Origin: the human T2T-CHM13v2.0 reference genome, Homo sapiens
Assembly (NCBI RefSeq): GCF_009914755.1
Contig: NC_060931.1
DNA length: 64,000 bases
Direction: 5' to 3' (one strand)
The notes beneath the pieces were generated by a model, which was given only the letters and a program-made list of their open reading frames with translations, searched no databases and was not told the DNA's origin. Numbering within the stretch: position 1 is the stretch's first letter; every line of letters begins with the position of its first letter. Positions 14,214 to 27,500 of the stretch are shown in pieces. Made by a program: the position numbers and the translations under genes.

Positions 14214-14475
14214 GGCCGGGTGCAGTGGCTCACACTTGTAATTCCAGCATTTTGGGAGGCTGAGGCTGGCAGATCACTTGAGGTCAGGAGTTTGAGACCA
14301 GCCTGGCCAAGATGGTGAAACCCCGTCTCTACTAAAAATTTTTGTAAAAATACAAAAATTAGCTGGGCGTAGTGGCACATGCCTGTAATCCTGGAGGTTT
14401 CAGTGAGCCAAAATCACGCCACTGCACTCTAACCTGGGTGACAGAGTGAGTTTCCGTCTCAAAAAAAGAAAAAAG
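14214..14475 (+). mobile_element. AluS with right-arm deletion
   Basis: Alu consensus; TSD agagatgg(t/c)aa. Confidence 0.9.
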
Positions 14476-14626
14476 AGAGAGATGGCAAGTGAAAGGATGA
14501 CTGACAGTTAAGATATCGTAGACTATTGCACAGTGTTCCACTGAAGTTGCCTAGAAGTTACTCTGCTATGTGAGGATTGGCTAAAAGTGACAGACATTTC
14601 CTAGGGAAACATGAATGAAAATATCA

Positions 14627-15030
<404 letters not shown>

Positions 15031-15097
<67 letters not shown>

Positions 15098-15118
15098 CAC
15101 ATATACATATATATGTAT
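15031..15118. repeat. (TA)n(TG)n(TA)n compound microsatellite in Alu tail
   Basis: Directly visible. Confidence 0.95.
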
Positions 15119-16734
15119 GGGTAGGGAAGGGCATTAAAGAGGGCCAGAATGAGGAACACCAGAAGATGGCAGAGCTGCATATGCAGTAGAGAGATGTGAG
15201 TTAAGCTGGGTTACAACCAAAGAAGGAAAGAGAATACAAAGAGTAAGTAGATAAATAAGAACTGGTGTCATGAGGAAGTGCCATCTGGGAATCTTTGCTT
15301 GAATGATGTTTGAAGCAACAAGTGTGACCAATAGAGTGAAAGGTCAAGGAGTTTAAATGGAATGGATTCTTGCCATAGGCAGTGGCAGGAACCCTATGAA
15401 GGTCTGGAATGAACTGAAAGTGCAAGTGTTTTCAGAGTAGTGTGGAGGTGACGAGGAAGAAAAGACTAAATTCATGAGAATGATACACAAGATGATAGCT
15501 GAAAAAACAAGTGACTAACAGTTGTTCTACTAGGGTCAACTGGGGAAAATAGTGGAAGAGCCTGCAGAAGAGACGGAGTCATTTGAAGATTGGCAGGTAT
15601 TGACTGGAGGGATACGGCCCCATAAGTGTAAGATTAAATAAGGAGAGACTGGAAACTGTGTAAAGGGAGAACTATACAAAGAGTAGGTAAGCGTAGGTGG
15701 AGTGGCATGGACAGGTAAAATGAGGAAAGTGTTTCCCAGAATGGGAAATCTTGTAAACCCTTAAAAAATGTGGGTTTATTCAGTCAAATGTTGGCTCTTA
15801 ATTGCAGACTTTGAAAAGCAGTAGATACAATGGAAGAAGAACAAGTGCTTGAAAAGTAATGCGAAGCTTTTGTGAGAAGTTTAATGAGAAGGATTAGAAG
15901 GAGATGGATTAAGATGAGCCCTAATAGGGCAGCACTTAAAGACACCAGGATAGATCTTTGAGTAGTTTGTAGAATGGATGACTAATATTGGAAGAGGAGT
16001 GGCTGGAGATCATGTTGGAAACCCATCTCAAGGGTGAAACTTCTTTGTTGCCAGGTACAGATGGTAGATGAAATTTTACTCTATATAATTAAGGGAGGGC
16101 AAATCACCAAAGGGGAGAAACAAATGAATATCATGTAAGTGCGGTATTAAAGTTACTCTTAGAAGTTACTCTGTCATGTGAAGATTTTCTACAGATGAGA
16201 GACAGACACTAGAGAGAATTTGGCTAGGAAGTGCCATTCAGGAGGAGACAGAGTCCATCTGAATGAAATATGGACAGCAGCTAAAAGAAGGGAGGCTGAA
16301 GATAAGGTAGCGTACATCTTTAGGGCAAGATAGGTAACAAGGAGAAAAGGAATAGAAGAAAACATTAAAGTTGACTCCAGATGAAAAGGTCATTTGAAGA
16401 ATGGCAGGACTGACTGGAGAGACAGTCCCATATTTGGGCCAAAAGAAATGAAGAGGGGTTAAAGCTAAGGGGAGCATTAAATAAACTAGATAATGATTCT
16501 GAAAAGGTGGCGTGGTAATAAGAAAGACCACAGCGCCATAAAGATGCCTGGAGAATCCTGCCAGATCTCAGAATGGGCCCAACTGGCCAAATTCAGTGGG
16601 TGTAAGGCCAGATTGCAGTGACTAGTATATGGGAGAGAAGGAAAGACCTGAATAGGAATGAGTCAGTAGACTCGCTCTTGATGCCTTAGTGGGAGATTTT
16701 TAATTAAAGGGCTTGGTTGAGGGAGAAGTTGAAG

Positions 16735-17286
16735 AGCAATGCTTCTTAGAATGTGTTACATGGCACTATCTAGGAATCTGTTAGAAATATGAATTCTTTT
16801 CCCCTCCCCCAGACCTAGTCAGTCAGAAACTCAGGGTGCATTAATCTGTTCTCACATTGCTATAAAGAAATACCTGGGACTGGGTAACTTATAAAGAAAA
16901 GAAGTCTAATTGGCTCAAGGTTCCACAGGCTGTACAGGAAGCATGGCTGAGGAAGCCTCAGGAAACTTACAATCATGGCGGCAGGTGAATGGTGGGGAGC
17001 CAGCACTTCACAGGAGAAAGATAGAGAGTGGGAGGAGGTACCACACACTGAAAACAGTCAGGTCGTGTAAGAACTCTATCACAAGAACAGCACCAAGGGG
17101 ATGGTGCTAAACCATTTATGAGAAACTGGCCTCATGACCCAGTCACCTCCCACTAGGCCCTACCTCCAACACTGGGGATGACAGTTCGACATGAGATTTG
17201 AGTAGGGATACAGATCCAAACCACATCCTGGGGTAAGGCCCTGCAGCTTGTTTTAACCAGCTGCAGTTGGAGAACCACTGCTTTAG
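16735..17286. mobile_element. MER5A-like DNA transposon interrupted by an MST LTR
   Basis: 'tgttagaaatatgaattc..cccagaccta..tcagaaactc' before and 'gttggagaaccactgctttag' after the LTR. Confidence 0.65.
16837..17228 (-). mobile_element. MaLR solo LTR (MSTA/MSTB)
   Basis: Reverse complement of the MST consensus (ctcacattgctataaagaaatacct...catgagatttg...atccaaacc). Confidence 0.85.
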
Positions 17287-19734
17287 ACAAAGGCAGGCTA
17301 GGAACAATTCTGATAAAGAGCCTCTGCTAGCAACTGTTGTGTTAGGGTCAGCTGAAAATTAAAAGAAGCAACTGAAGAGACTTGAATGAAAGGAGAGGAG
17401 AGATGGAGAGAATGGAGGTGATGGAGGGTACAAAAGGGAAGGGATAAATGAATGAGGCTGGAGGCTGAACTTGCAGCACAGTAAGCAGGCCAGTGAGGAA
17501 GGGCACTGAAGCATGACAGGATGAGGAATACTGGGACAGGGAGAGTAGCAACTCTGGTAGAGTGATTTTATGTTAATCCAGTCACAGCCACTCAAGTAGA
17601 CAGAGGAAGGAGAGAACGTGGCTAGGTAAGAATTGAGGTTATGAGGGGTCACTGTTCAGGAAGCTGTGGATCTCAGATCCAGTGTGCAGTCTGAACAGTG
17701 AGTGTTGAGTGTGAGGGGTCTGTTTATCCAAAAGACAGTACTGAATCTATGGAACTGACATACACAGTCTCTGAATGAAGGAGGGATACTGAATATAGTT
17801 TTTATAAGGCAAAATAAAAAGGTGTACAATAGTGAAGTTAAAATTGCTTCCAGACGAGAAGGCATCACTTAGTATTGACCAAAAAAAGTGTCAATGATAC
17901 TAACTGGAGGTATTTGGCACCATACTTGGGCGAAAGGTCATGATGGAAAATAAAGAAGCCAGGTTAGATGCTATCTAAGGGGAAGGGAAGGCTTATCTGA
18001 AGAGTAGAAAACTGGTTTTGAATGAGGGAGACAGTGGGGATATGAGGGGAGGAAACCTCAAAAAGAATATGTATCCATCACTATGAAAGGTTAGGCTATA
18101 CAGGGGAAGCCTCCAAAGGGAAATCTGGAAAAATGTTCTGAGAGGGACATTAAGGATGTACTCAGAAATTAAGAAAACATATTAGGACTTGCCAAAAGTG
18201 AGAGAAGCAACTGAGGAGACTTATATGCAAAAATCGCAAAGAAGGAGAGAACAAAAGATGGAGGTTGGATGCTAAATAGGGAAAGAGAACGTGTGAATGA
18301 GGTAGGGGGCAGAACATGCAGTGCAGAAAAACAACAGATATGGAAGGGCATTAAAGAGGGCTAAATGGGAATATTAGGAAATGAGAGTTGGGAATTTGTC
18401 AGAGTTGTGTATTAACAAGGAGAGAGTAAGGTAAGAAGGTGGCAAAGTAAGAGCCAGGGCATAAGGTTTTGCTGTCCAGGAAGCTTTGTTGGAAAAATGT
18501 TAGAAGTAATGGGTTTGGTCAGTATGGTGAGAGGTGAGAGAGGCTAAATGGGATGGGCATAAAGGGCAGGCCAGTGGCAAGAATCCTATGAAAGTGTAGG
18601 CAGATCTGAGAGCACAGACAAATACAGTGGAGAATGTGGCACAGGGCAGAGGGCAGTGGGCTGAGCAGCGAGTGCCCATGGGGAGGGGAGTATCCAGAAG
18701 AACCCATTGAGTCCCTAAGAATGACACACAGGTGACAGCTGAAAGAAGGAGGGACACAGAAGATATAGCAGCATGATTCTCTGGGGCAAAATGAGGAAGA
18801 AAGGAATGGAAGAAGAAAGTGAAGGGTTCCTGCTGATGTGAGGGGATGACTGGAGGAAAGGCAGGTATTGACTGGGGGGTAAAGGAACCATTCTTGGATC
18901 AAGGTTATGATGGAATAAGAAGGAAGAGAGAGCTGGCTAGCTGAGTAAAGGACCATCGTATAAAACAGACAAAAGTTAAGACTAGATGGAGTGGCAACTA
19001 GGCAGATCAGATGTATTTTTAAAAGGGGAAACTGCTAAGATCTCAAAATGGGCCCAAGTGGTCAAATTGGGTGGGAAGGCCCAATGGTAATGAATGGTGC
19101 ATCTAACAGAGCTTCGGGGACCCAGGCAGAAATGGGAATTAGTAGATTAGCTCTTGATGCTGTAGGTAGAAATTTTTGGTTAAAAACTTGGTTAATAAGA
19201 AAGTTTAAGGGAGTTTTATTAAGATGAATTCTCCTAAAAAGGTACTGCTAGCAACCTTTAAATACATCGGTATTGACCATTTAGGGAGGGTGGGTGAGTA
19301 GTTTGTCTGTAGAGGAAATTAATTGTATTTCTTGAGGACTGGTAGGGAATCATGAGGGAAGTAAACCTCAAGAGTATAATGCTATATCCACTGCTATGAT
19401 AATTTAATGCTAGTAGCCAAAATGGATAGGTAAGATATGATAGAGCATAACAGGATAAGAAGAAAGGATTTTTCATCTAAGTAATGGGAGCACTGTGTTA
19501 ATTAGAGCAGGGTTCTGAGTGGTCAAGTTGCAAAAAGACAAATAAGCTGTGGACTAAAAAGAACTGGAATGGAGAAATCTGTCAAATCTCAGAAGGAGTC
19601 TAATGGGTTAAATGTGTGTTGTTGAAGAATTGCAATGAGTGGTGTAGATGGTGAAGAGCAGCGAAGGCCTGAATACGAGCAGGAGCCAGAAAACAGACTA
19701 GCTCTTCAAGTCTTGATGGGAAGTTTTTTCTATT

Positions 19735-19995
19735 GAGAACACATATACATACATTTATACAGCATTGCAAACACAGCACTACGTATTAATTATGGATATG
19801 TAGTAAAATTATGAAAATATGTATGAGGATAAGTATCAGATTCATGTAGTGATTTTCTCTTGGAAGGGAGAGAGGTAAATGATTTTGGGGAGTGATACCG
19901 AGGAAGTCTCAACTATATGTGCAATATTTGGTTTCTTTAAAAAAGATCTGAAGCAAATGTAACATCAAGATAGGAAGAAGTGGGTGTATTCATTT
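19735..19995 (+). mobile_element. Old L1M 3'-UTR fragment
   Basis: 'tcttggaagggagagagg...aaagatctgaagcaaat' typical of L1ME/L1MC 3' ends; interrupts an array unit. Confidence 0.45.
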
Positions 19996-20391
19996 TGGGG
20001 GAATGAAAAGTTTTAATTAAAGAGCTTTGTTGATAAGAAAGGGTAGAGGGGGAAGATCAGGGTGAATCTTGATTCAAAGCCACTGATAGCACCTGAAAGA
20101 CTGGTTTGAGAGAGCAACTGGAGAGCATGGGCAAGTGGTTTATTTGGTGAGAAGATGATCTGTATTTGGTATGGAGCAGGTGGGTGGCATTGAGGGAGTA
20201 TACCTCAAGAGTATACCTTGAGAAGAATGATGTATCCATCACTGTGATTATCGATGGAAGCTGATAATACTGATGTTAATATATATGACAGTGCAAATAA
20301 AGGAAATTAGGAAGAACTTGCTGAAGTATGATACTAAGATTTGCTCAGAACAGAAATATTATGTTAGAACTGGCTGTAAGAGCAACTATTA

Positions 20392-20886
<495 letters not shown>

Positions 20887-23249
20887 TCAGTGGAGTTGTA
20901 TGTTAAGCTAGATACCAACCATGGGAGAAAAGGGGGGAGTGAGAACATAGCAAATAAGAACTGGAGTATTTGGTGCTGCCCAGAAAGCTTTGTTGGAAAA
21001 AGATTTGAAGCAATTGGTGGAGTCAACAGAATGGGAGGTTAGAGAAAGATTAATGCGACGGACTTAAAATGGGTCAGAGCAGGGATCCCAGGATGTCCAG
21101 ACTGAATGGAGGGTGGAAAGAGATTAAGTACAAAGTGAGGAAGATGGAAGATGGTTGAATAGTGCTGAATATCAAGAGTGTACATATCATCCAAAAGAGA
21201 TGTTTATATCCACTAAATGATACAGCTGAATGAAGAAAGAATGCTGGAGAAAATGTAAGGAGTTTGCAGCCAAAGGAGAAAGAGAAAAAGGAGAAAAGGA
21301 GTAGAAGGGAAATGTTCAGGTTGTTTGTAAATGGAAAGACATTATTTGAATAGTCACAGATATTGACAGGAAAAATGGCTGTTGCTCTATACTTAAGCCA
21401 AAGCTCATGATAGAAAAAAGAAACAGAGGATAGCAAGTCAATAAATGGGACGTTGTATGAATTAGAAAGCAGTTTTGAGTAGGTGGAAAAACAATAAGAC
21501 AGATCAAGTATAAATTAAAGAAACAGAACTGTCAGACTGCAGAAGAACCGTATACAGAATGAGAAAAGATCAGGAGTCTGAAAAAGAATAGAAGTTGGAT
21601 AGGCTGGCACTTGAAGTCTTAGTGGGAAATTTATTTCTTAAGTGACTGCTTGCTAGGGAAGGTTAGAAGGAGATGAATTAAGATAAACCCTGATAAGAAG
21701 CCATTGGTGGAAACCTTAAAAACATGAGGATTGACAGGTATAGATCGGGATTCTTTGTAGAACAAATGAATGCTACTGGTTGAGGACTGGTTGGGAATCA
21801 TGATAAGGTTAACATCCAGAGAATAATTCAGCATTCACTTATTATAGAGTCAGTGGGTAAATGATTTGTAGAATATTTACGATATGGCAGGGCAGATATT
21901 CAAAGGGAGTTACAAAAGGACATAGCAGTAAGTATGATGTTAAATTGGCCAAGAAGTTAAGAAATAATGTTAGGATTGGCTGAAAGTTAAGCAACTGAGA
22001 AGACCTGTGTATATAAAAAAGAAAAAGGAAAAGGGAGAGGAGAAGATGCTTGGTTGGAGGAAAAAAATGTATGACTTAGTCTGGGTTTGGAATATGCAAG
22101 GTATGAAACAGCAAATATTATTGAGACCAGAATGAGGAATTCAGATATCACCAGCTATCTGCTCATACAGCCTAAATACTTGTTAATATGAAAAGATTTA
22201 CATTATATATACATCTCACCATGTACTTAGAAAATCTGGTGCAGTGAGTTAGCATTCTTGTGCTAACAAAAACTTTTAGCTTGCACCCAAGCCTACTTGA
22301 GATGGCATATTTTTGCCGTGGTTCTTGTGCTGATAGGCTCATTCCCTATGCTGAAGGATGTTAAATGTGTTATGCATTATTCCTGTCATCTTCTCCATAA
22401 TATGAGCGGGACAATTCAAGCAACTCATCAGGTGGTAAGTAAATATTTCCAAAAAACTTCTTGTTTTTATATTTTATTTAAAAATGTATATGCATTTGTT
22501 ATTTATATTGAAAACATTCCATTGTTCCTTGCAGTATAGAAGGCAAATGCAATTATAGTCTTTATTATAGTAGGAGACCATTTTGTATTACACACAAACA
22601 TGTCTGCTAATGAACTGATGATATGTTAAATAATTAGGTCATTATCCTTTAAAATGGTGTATATTATGAAAAATACTTAAAAGTTTTCTTTTATCATAGT
22701 GTTTTAGTGATGACTGAGAAAATAGGTTGAGTTTTTTTAAAGGGAGATGGATAAGAGCTTTTTCAAATTTAAGATAATGCAATGTAAGTGTTTGCTACTA
22801 AAAATTATTATTCAAGCACACAGGATAATGAAAATTGCTTGTACTTGAAAAGTCGAGTCAGGAAGAAAACTGTGTAGGCAGTTCTTCAAGGGAGAAAGAA
22901 AGGGACAAGATAAAATGATAACTAAAAATTGGACATAAGAGAGACAGTGTCCAGGAAAGTACATTTGCATTAAAAAGTGCAACGGACAGAAAGATTAGCA
23001 ACACATTCAGTGAAGTGGACATAAAACAAGGCAAGTGGCAGGCATCCTACCAAGGAACAAACAGAGAACTAAAGCAGTTCAGCACAGTATGCTGGAAAGA
23101 AGAAATACCGAAAGGGACTGAGCAGTGAATGGCGAACAGAAGGAGGTGCCTGACAGCAAGATCTTAGTGAATACACAGGAGTGACACACAGTGTATGGGT
23201 GGTTAACAATGTGCTCTTCCAAGGCAGAAAAAGAAAAACAACAGAATAA

Positions 23250-24260
23250 AGGGAAAAGGCATTTAAAATTTACCTTAGGATGGGAAAAGTCATGCGAGGA
23301 TGACATACTAAAAAATAAGATTTGCCACTATAATCGTATCATATGGAACAAGGAAGAAAACAAGTGATGGACACTAAATAAAAAGAGCACTGCATGGATT
23401 TGGCAACATTTCAGAGTAACTTAAGTAAACACAGGGCAAATCAGCTTCACAATAAGGAAACCCAGAAACAATGAGGTCAGAAGAACAAGAGCATAAATTA
23501 AGAAAAGAGTTATATGATTAAAGATGGACCAAAGATACGGAAGGGAAAAAGGGTGAGGTAGAAAAGAAGCAAGTCAGAAGACAACTATATGCATCAGAGT
23601 AGAATATTAGAAAAAGGCAAAAACAAAAAAGGTGGAGAGGCACCGTAGATTGAGTAGTATACTTAAATGTGATTCCAAAAAGGAGGAAAGAAGTTCAGAA
23701 ATGAGTAGAGGAACTGAGCTGAGACAGGGGAAAGGGAACCAGGAAATGGAATTGAAGGGTGCACATCCACATCTAGAAAGGGCTGCTCACTGCACCAGAA
23801 AGACAGTGGTAAACAGATTATAGTGGCACAGGGGCTTCAAAGTGTCAAAGAAGAGAAAAAGAGGTGCAGAATGGATTGCCAAATGAGCTTCCAGGTAGGA
23901 CTAAGAGAGTCTTTAAGAAAATCCAAAAATGAGATGAAAACATCCTGAATAATAATGAAAAGATAGGAAAGATGCATGGATTAACAGTATGAAGATAATG
24001 AAAATACTATAGTACAGTAAAAAGAATGCATGATGGGGATAAGAGGAGTGGGGAGTAACTGGAGGCAGTCCTAAAGGTGGAATCTTGCCACCTGTGTCAC
24101 AGTATGTAAACTTCAAGGATAGGAAATATTAAAATAAGAACAGAAAATATTGTACGGGTGTGGAAGCTATCAGGCCGATACGAAGGGGGTTTAGAGTATA
24201 GGTCGCTTTCATGTACTGAAGGGTCAAAGTTTCAATGTAGATCTTTAAGAGAAATCCTTT
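23250..24260 (+). mobile_element. Ancient L1/HAL1 ORF1-like fossil
   Basis: A-rich; LERAAH resembles the L1 ORF1 IERAHR motif. Confidence 0.35.
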
Positions 24261-24539
24261 TCAAGAGTCGGAGGGCGAGTGTGGAGTAGAGAAACGAGGC
24301 ATGGGAAGAATGGGGTGGAAGGATGCCAGAGGAAGAAAAGGAAATGTGCAGAAGAAAAGGAAATGTGCAAAAGAAAGTGCTTCCATGGGAAGACTACCAG
24401 GTTAGTTAGAATGCGAAAAACACAAAAAATGCTAAGTAAGAAGTATAAAAAGCACATGAAAGAAGTAGTAAAAAAACGAACAAACAAAAACAGGTATAAA
24501 GGGGCATTCTGGCCCTTCAAAACAATGATCTTCAACAGT

Positions 24540-27500
24540 AAATGCAAGCACAAGAAGGCTCCAGGCTTGGGAGGCCAAGGTGGGTGGATCGCTTGAGGTC
24601 AGGAGTTCGAGACCAGCCTGGCCAACATGGCGAAACCCTGTCTCTACTTAAAAAGAAAAAAATCAGCTGGGCGTGGTGGTGGATGCCTGTAATCCCAGCT
24701 ACTTGGGAGGCTGAGGCAGGAGAATTGCTTGAAGTCCAGAGGTGAGGGTGCAGTGAGCCGAGATCGCACCACTGCACTCCAGCCTTGGGCGACAGAGTGA
24801 AACTCTTCTCTCAAAAAAAAAAAAAAAAAAAAAAAAAGAAGGCTCCAGGCCTCAAACGGGAGACTGAAGTGCAGGGAGTCCAGGTGGCCATAGGGAGTCA
24901 AGGTGGCTGTCCACATCAGTGATTCTTATCTGAGGTGGGGGGTGGGTTTCACCCGAGGGAGGGCTGGGGGCATGGACCCCCAGGCAGGCCTATCCAATCA
25001 TCTGAAGGGTGAGCAGTGTTCAGCTCAGAAAAAGTAAAGGAAAAAAAAAGCAATCTCTAAAAGGAACATAGACAATAGCAAAAGAAGAAACCGAGCCCAA
25101 AAGATGCTTCTGATAGGCCGCCTTGGGGTCCTGCATCCTCGGGTGAGAATCACTGGTGGATGTGGGAGGATGGAGAGCCGGGCAGATACGTGGAGTGCGA
25201 GGGGAAGACGCACGTGCAGTGGGGCTGATGGAGGCCATCAGGGTCAAGACTGTCAGGTGTGGGAACACAGTTCCCGACAGACCAGGACAAGGATGACAGC
25301 TAACAAATGGATGTAGCTGAAAAGGCAATGGGACCACGGTGGTGCAGCTGGGGTTTCCAACGCCTCGGTCCCAGACTCAAGGACTCAGGTGGAGGAGTGA
25401 GGCCCAGAGAAGGGCCCAGTGACTCAGAGGAAGTGGGCTGTGCGGGTGAGAGCAGAGAGCAGGGGATCTGTTGTCACGGGGAGGAAAGGCACAAAGGGGA
25501 ATGGAGACAGCGTGGAAGGAGAGCGTCTTGAAGACATCGGTGCTAAGGAGGGAGGAGGCAGGAGGAGGGTGGGACTGACAGGAGCACCCAGGAGGAGCGG
25601 AGGAGCCGGGTCTCAGGCAGGGCGGGAGAGTCAGGTTGAGACTGGGTGCGTTTGTGCTGGCGGGGCAGGGGGATGAGGGTGGGTAGGTGGAGGCGGGACA
25701 GGAGTGAGCGCTGATGACAAAAGTGCTGTGGTGACAGGAAGAAGGTAGGAAATTCACAGGCGCATGTTCCCCAGAGTGTTTTCACAAGAATGTGAAAGAA
25801 AGGATGCAAAGGGAATTGAGAAGGTTTTGGGGAGTCAGGGTTGTGGGGTGCTGGAAGGTACCCATAGCCTGGACCACTGGGATGTGGACACTGATAGCTG
25901 GGCAGAGCAGGTGGATTCAGTGCAGTACGTGTGATGCAGAGATGACTGCATCTGGTGGAGCAGCGGGTGCGGGGCCAGGTCAAGAAGGGAGGAGGTACCT
26001 GAGTTCACGACTTAGGCCAGTGGGAGAATCACAGATTGTGCTGAAAAAATGCAGGAGGGTGCAGGTGGGACAGTACCGTGCTATGCAGTAGAGGAGGAAA
26101 GCAGGAGAAACGACCAACCTGCGCCCCAGGGGCTGACTGCTGGGACATCAGGGGATGAGTTTGCAACACATGGGAGAGGAGGACAGAGGAGAGGTGTTCC
26201 CTAATGGGCAAGAAGAATGAGTCGGAGCAGGCAATGGAGCCCAGCAGCTAAGAGAGGAGAGCCTGTTGAGAGCAGGAGGGATGCGCTGCAGTAAAGGAGG
26301 CATGCCAGGCGCCAAGAGGGAGGGAGCGGATGCAGAGAATCCAGGGACTTTACCCCAGATGGGGCAAAGTGTGTGACGCAGTTCATGGATGACAAAGCAT
26401 AGTGTGGGTAAGATAAGCAAGGAATGAAAGAGAGGTGGGAGGAGGCCAAGGAAGAAGCAGGGCATAGAAGTGCTGCTACCTTGGAAACACAGGGGACCAC
26501 GTGTCAATGAAGGGTGTGGTGAGATGATGAAAGGTCAGGTGGATTGAGTTCGACAGAGGAAAGGACTGTGTCCGCCATGGTGGAACAGACAAGGTAGGAT
26601 GGTTTCAAACAGCAGATGGACTCAGTACAGCATGCTGGGGATAAAGAGGCTGTGGCAATGGTGGCAGCAGTGAGGGTAGGGAAGGAAGAATTGGATGCTG
26701 AAGACGAAGTGGAGGGTGTCTGGAAGAGAACAGTGGGAGAAAATGGGTGGATGAGTGATGCAAGGTTTTAATGTGAATCCTGAGGAGAAAAAGAGAGACG
26801 TGGGAGTGGGGCAGCCATTTGAGGTGGCATATGGGATGCATGTTGGGTCACGTAAGTGAATAGGAAAAGAAAGGGACTGAAAGCATTTAACAGGAGACAA
26901 CCTCACAAATCTGTGGGGGTGATGAATGCTGGTCAAGGGGCCAAGGTGGAAAAGTGAGGGGAATGCAGAGTTCTCAAACTGGGGCACTGACAGATCTCAT
27001 GTGAAAAGTTGGTTTCATGACCGTCATCAAGGCCAGACTGTAGGATCAGAGCAGATGCAAGAGCCCAGGAATATGCGGAACTAGGTCCACAGGAGAATGT
27101 GGGGGATGGGGACAAATGACTCAGGTTAAATGAAGGAAATAGCATCACTGCATGGTAAGATGGCACTGGGCATGGTAACCTCAGGGACTTGGCAATGGAC
27201 TCGTGGTTTGAGTCTATTGTGTGGGTAGAAAGATGCTTGCAAATAGTGGAGGAGTAGTTAGGAACCAATGCAGAGGAAGCAATTCAGAATGATCACTGAA
27301 TCTGAGCTTCTGCTGTCACGGAAGGCTAAAAGGATAGAGATATAGCTTACAGCTGAAAGTATGTACATAGAGATGAAATAAAGTAGGCAAGGGAGAGTCT
27401 CAAACACAGTGGGTCTCGTAGTTGTAATGGGAGTTTAGATCAGTATCAGCTGGGTACATGGGACAGAGTATGGCCAAGGACTGGAGAGAGCTGGGGTGTT

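Noticed and set aside
24279-24596. Lys/Arg-rich 105-aa ORF
   Set aside because: Product of A/G-rich composition running into an Alu.
24994-25002. CCAAT (NF-Y) promoter box in each unit
   Set aside because: A single short motif inside the hairpin arm with no other promoter evidence.
24917-25004. C/D-box snoRNA array (GTGATT ... CTGA in each unit)
   Set aside because: The C box is non-consensus (not RTGATGA), the D box is CAGA in copy 4, the terminal stem is poor, and the region is better explained as one arm of a long hairpin.
25946-25962. CTCF-like site (ccaccagatgcag on - strand) in block A
   Set aside because: Lacks the GGC/GGCG core end; cannot be supported without PWM or ChIP data.
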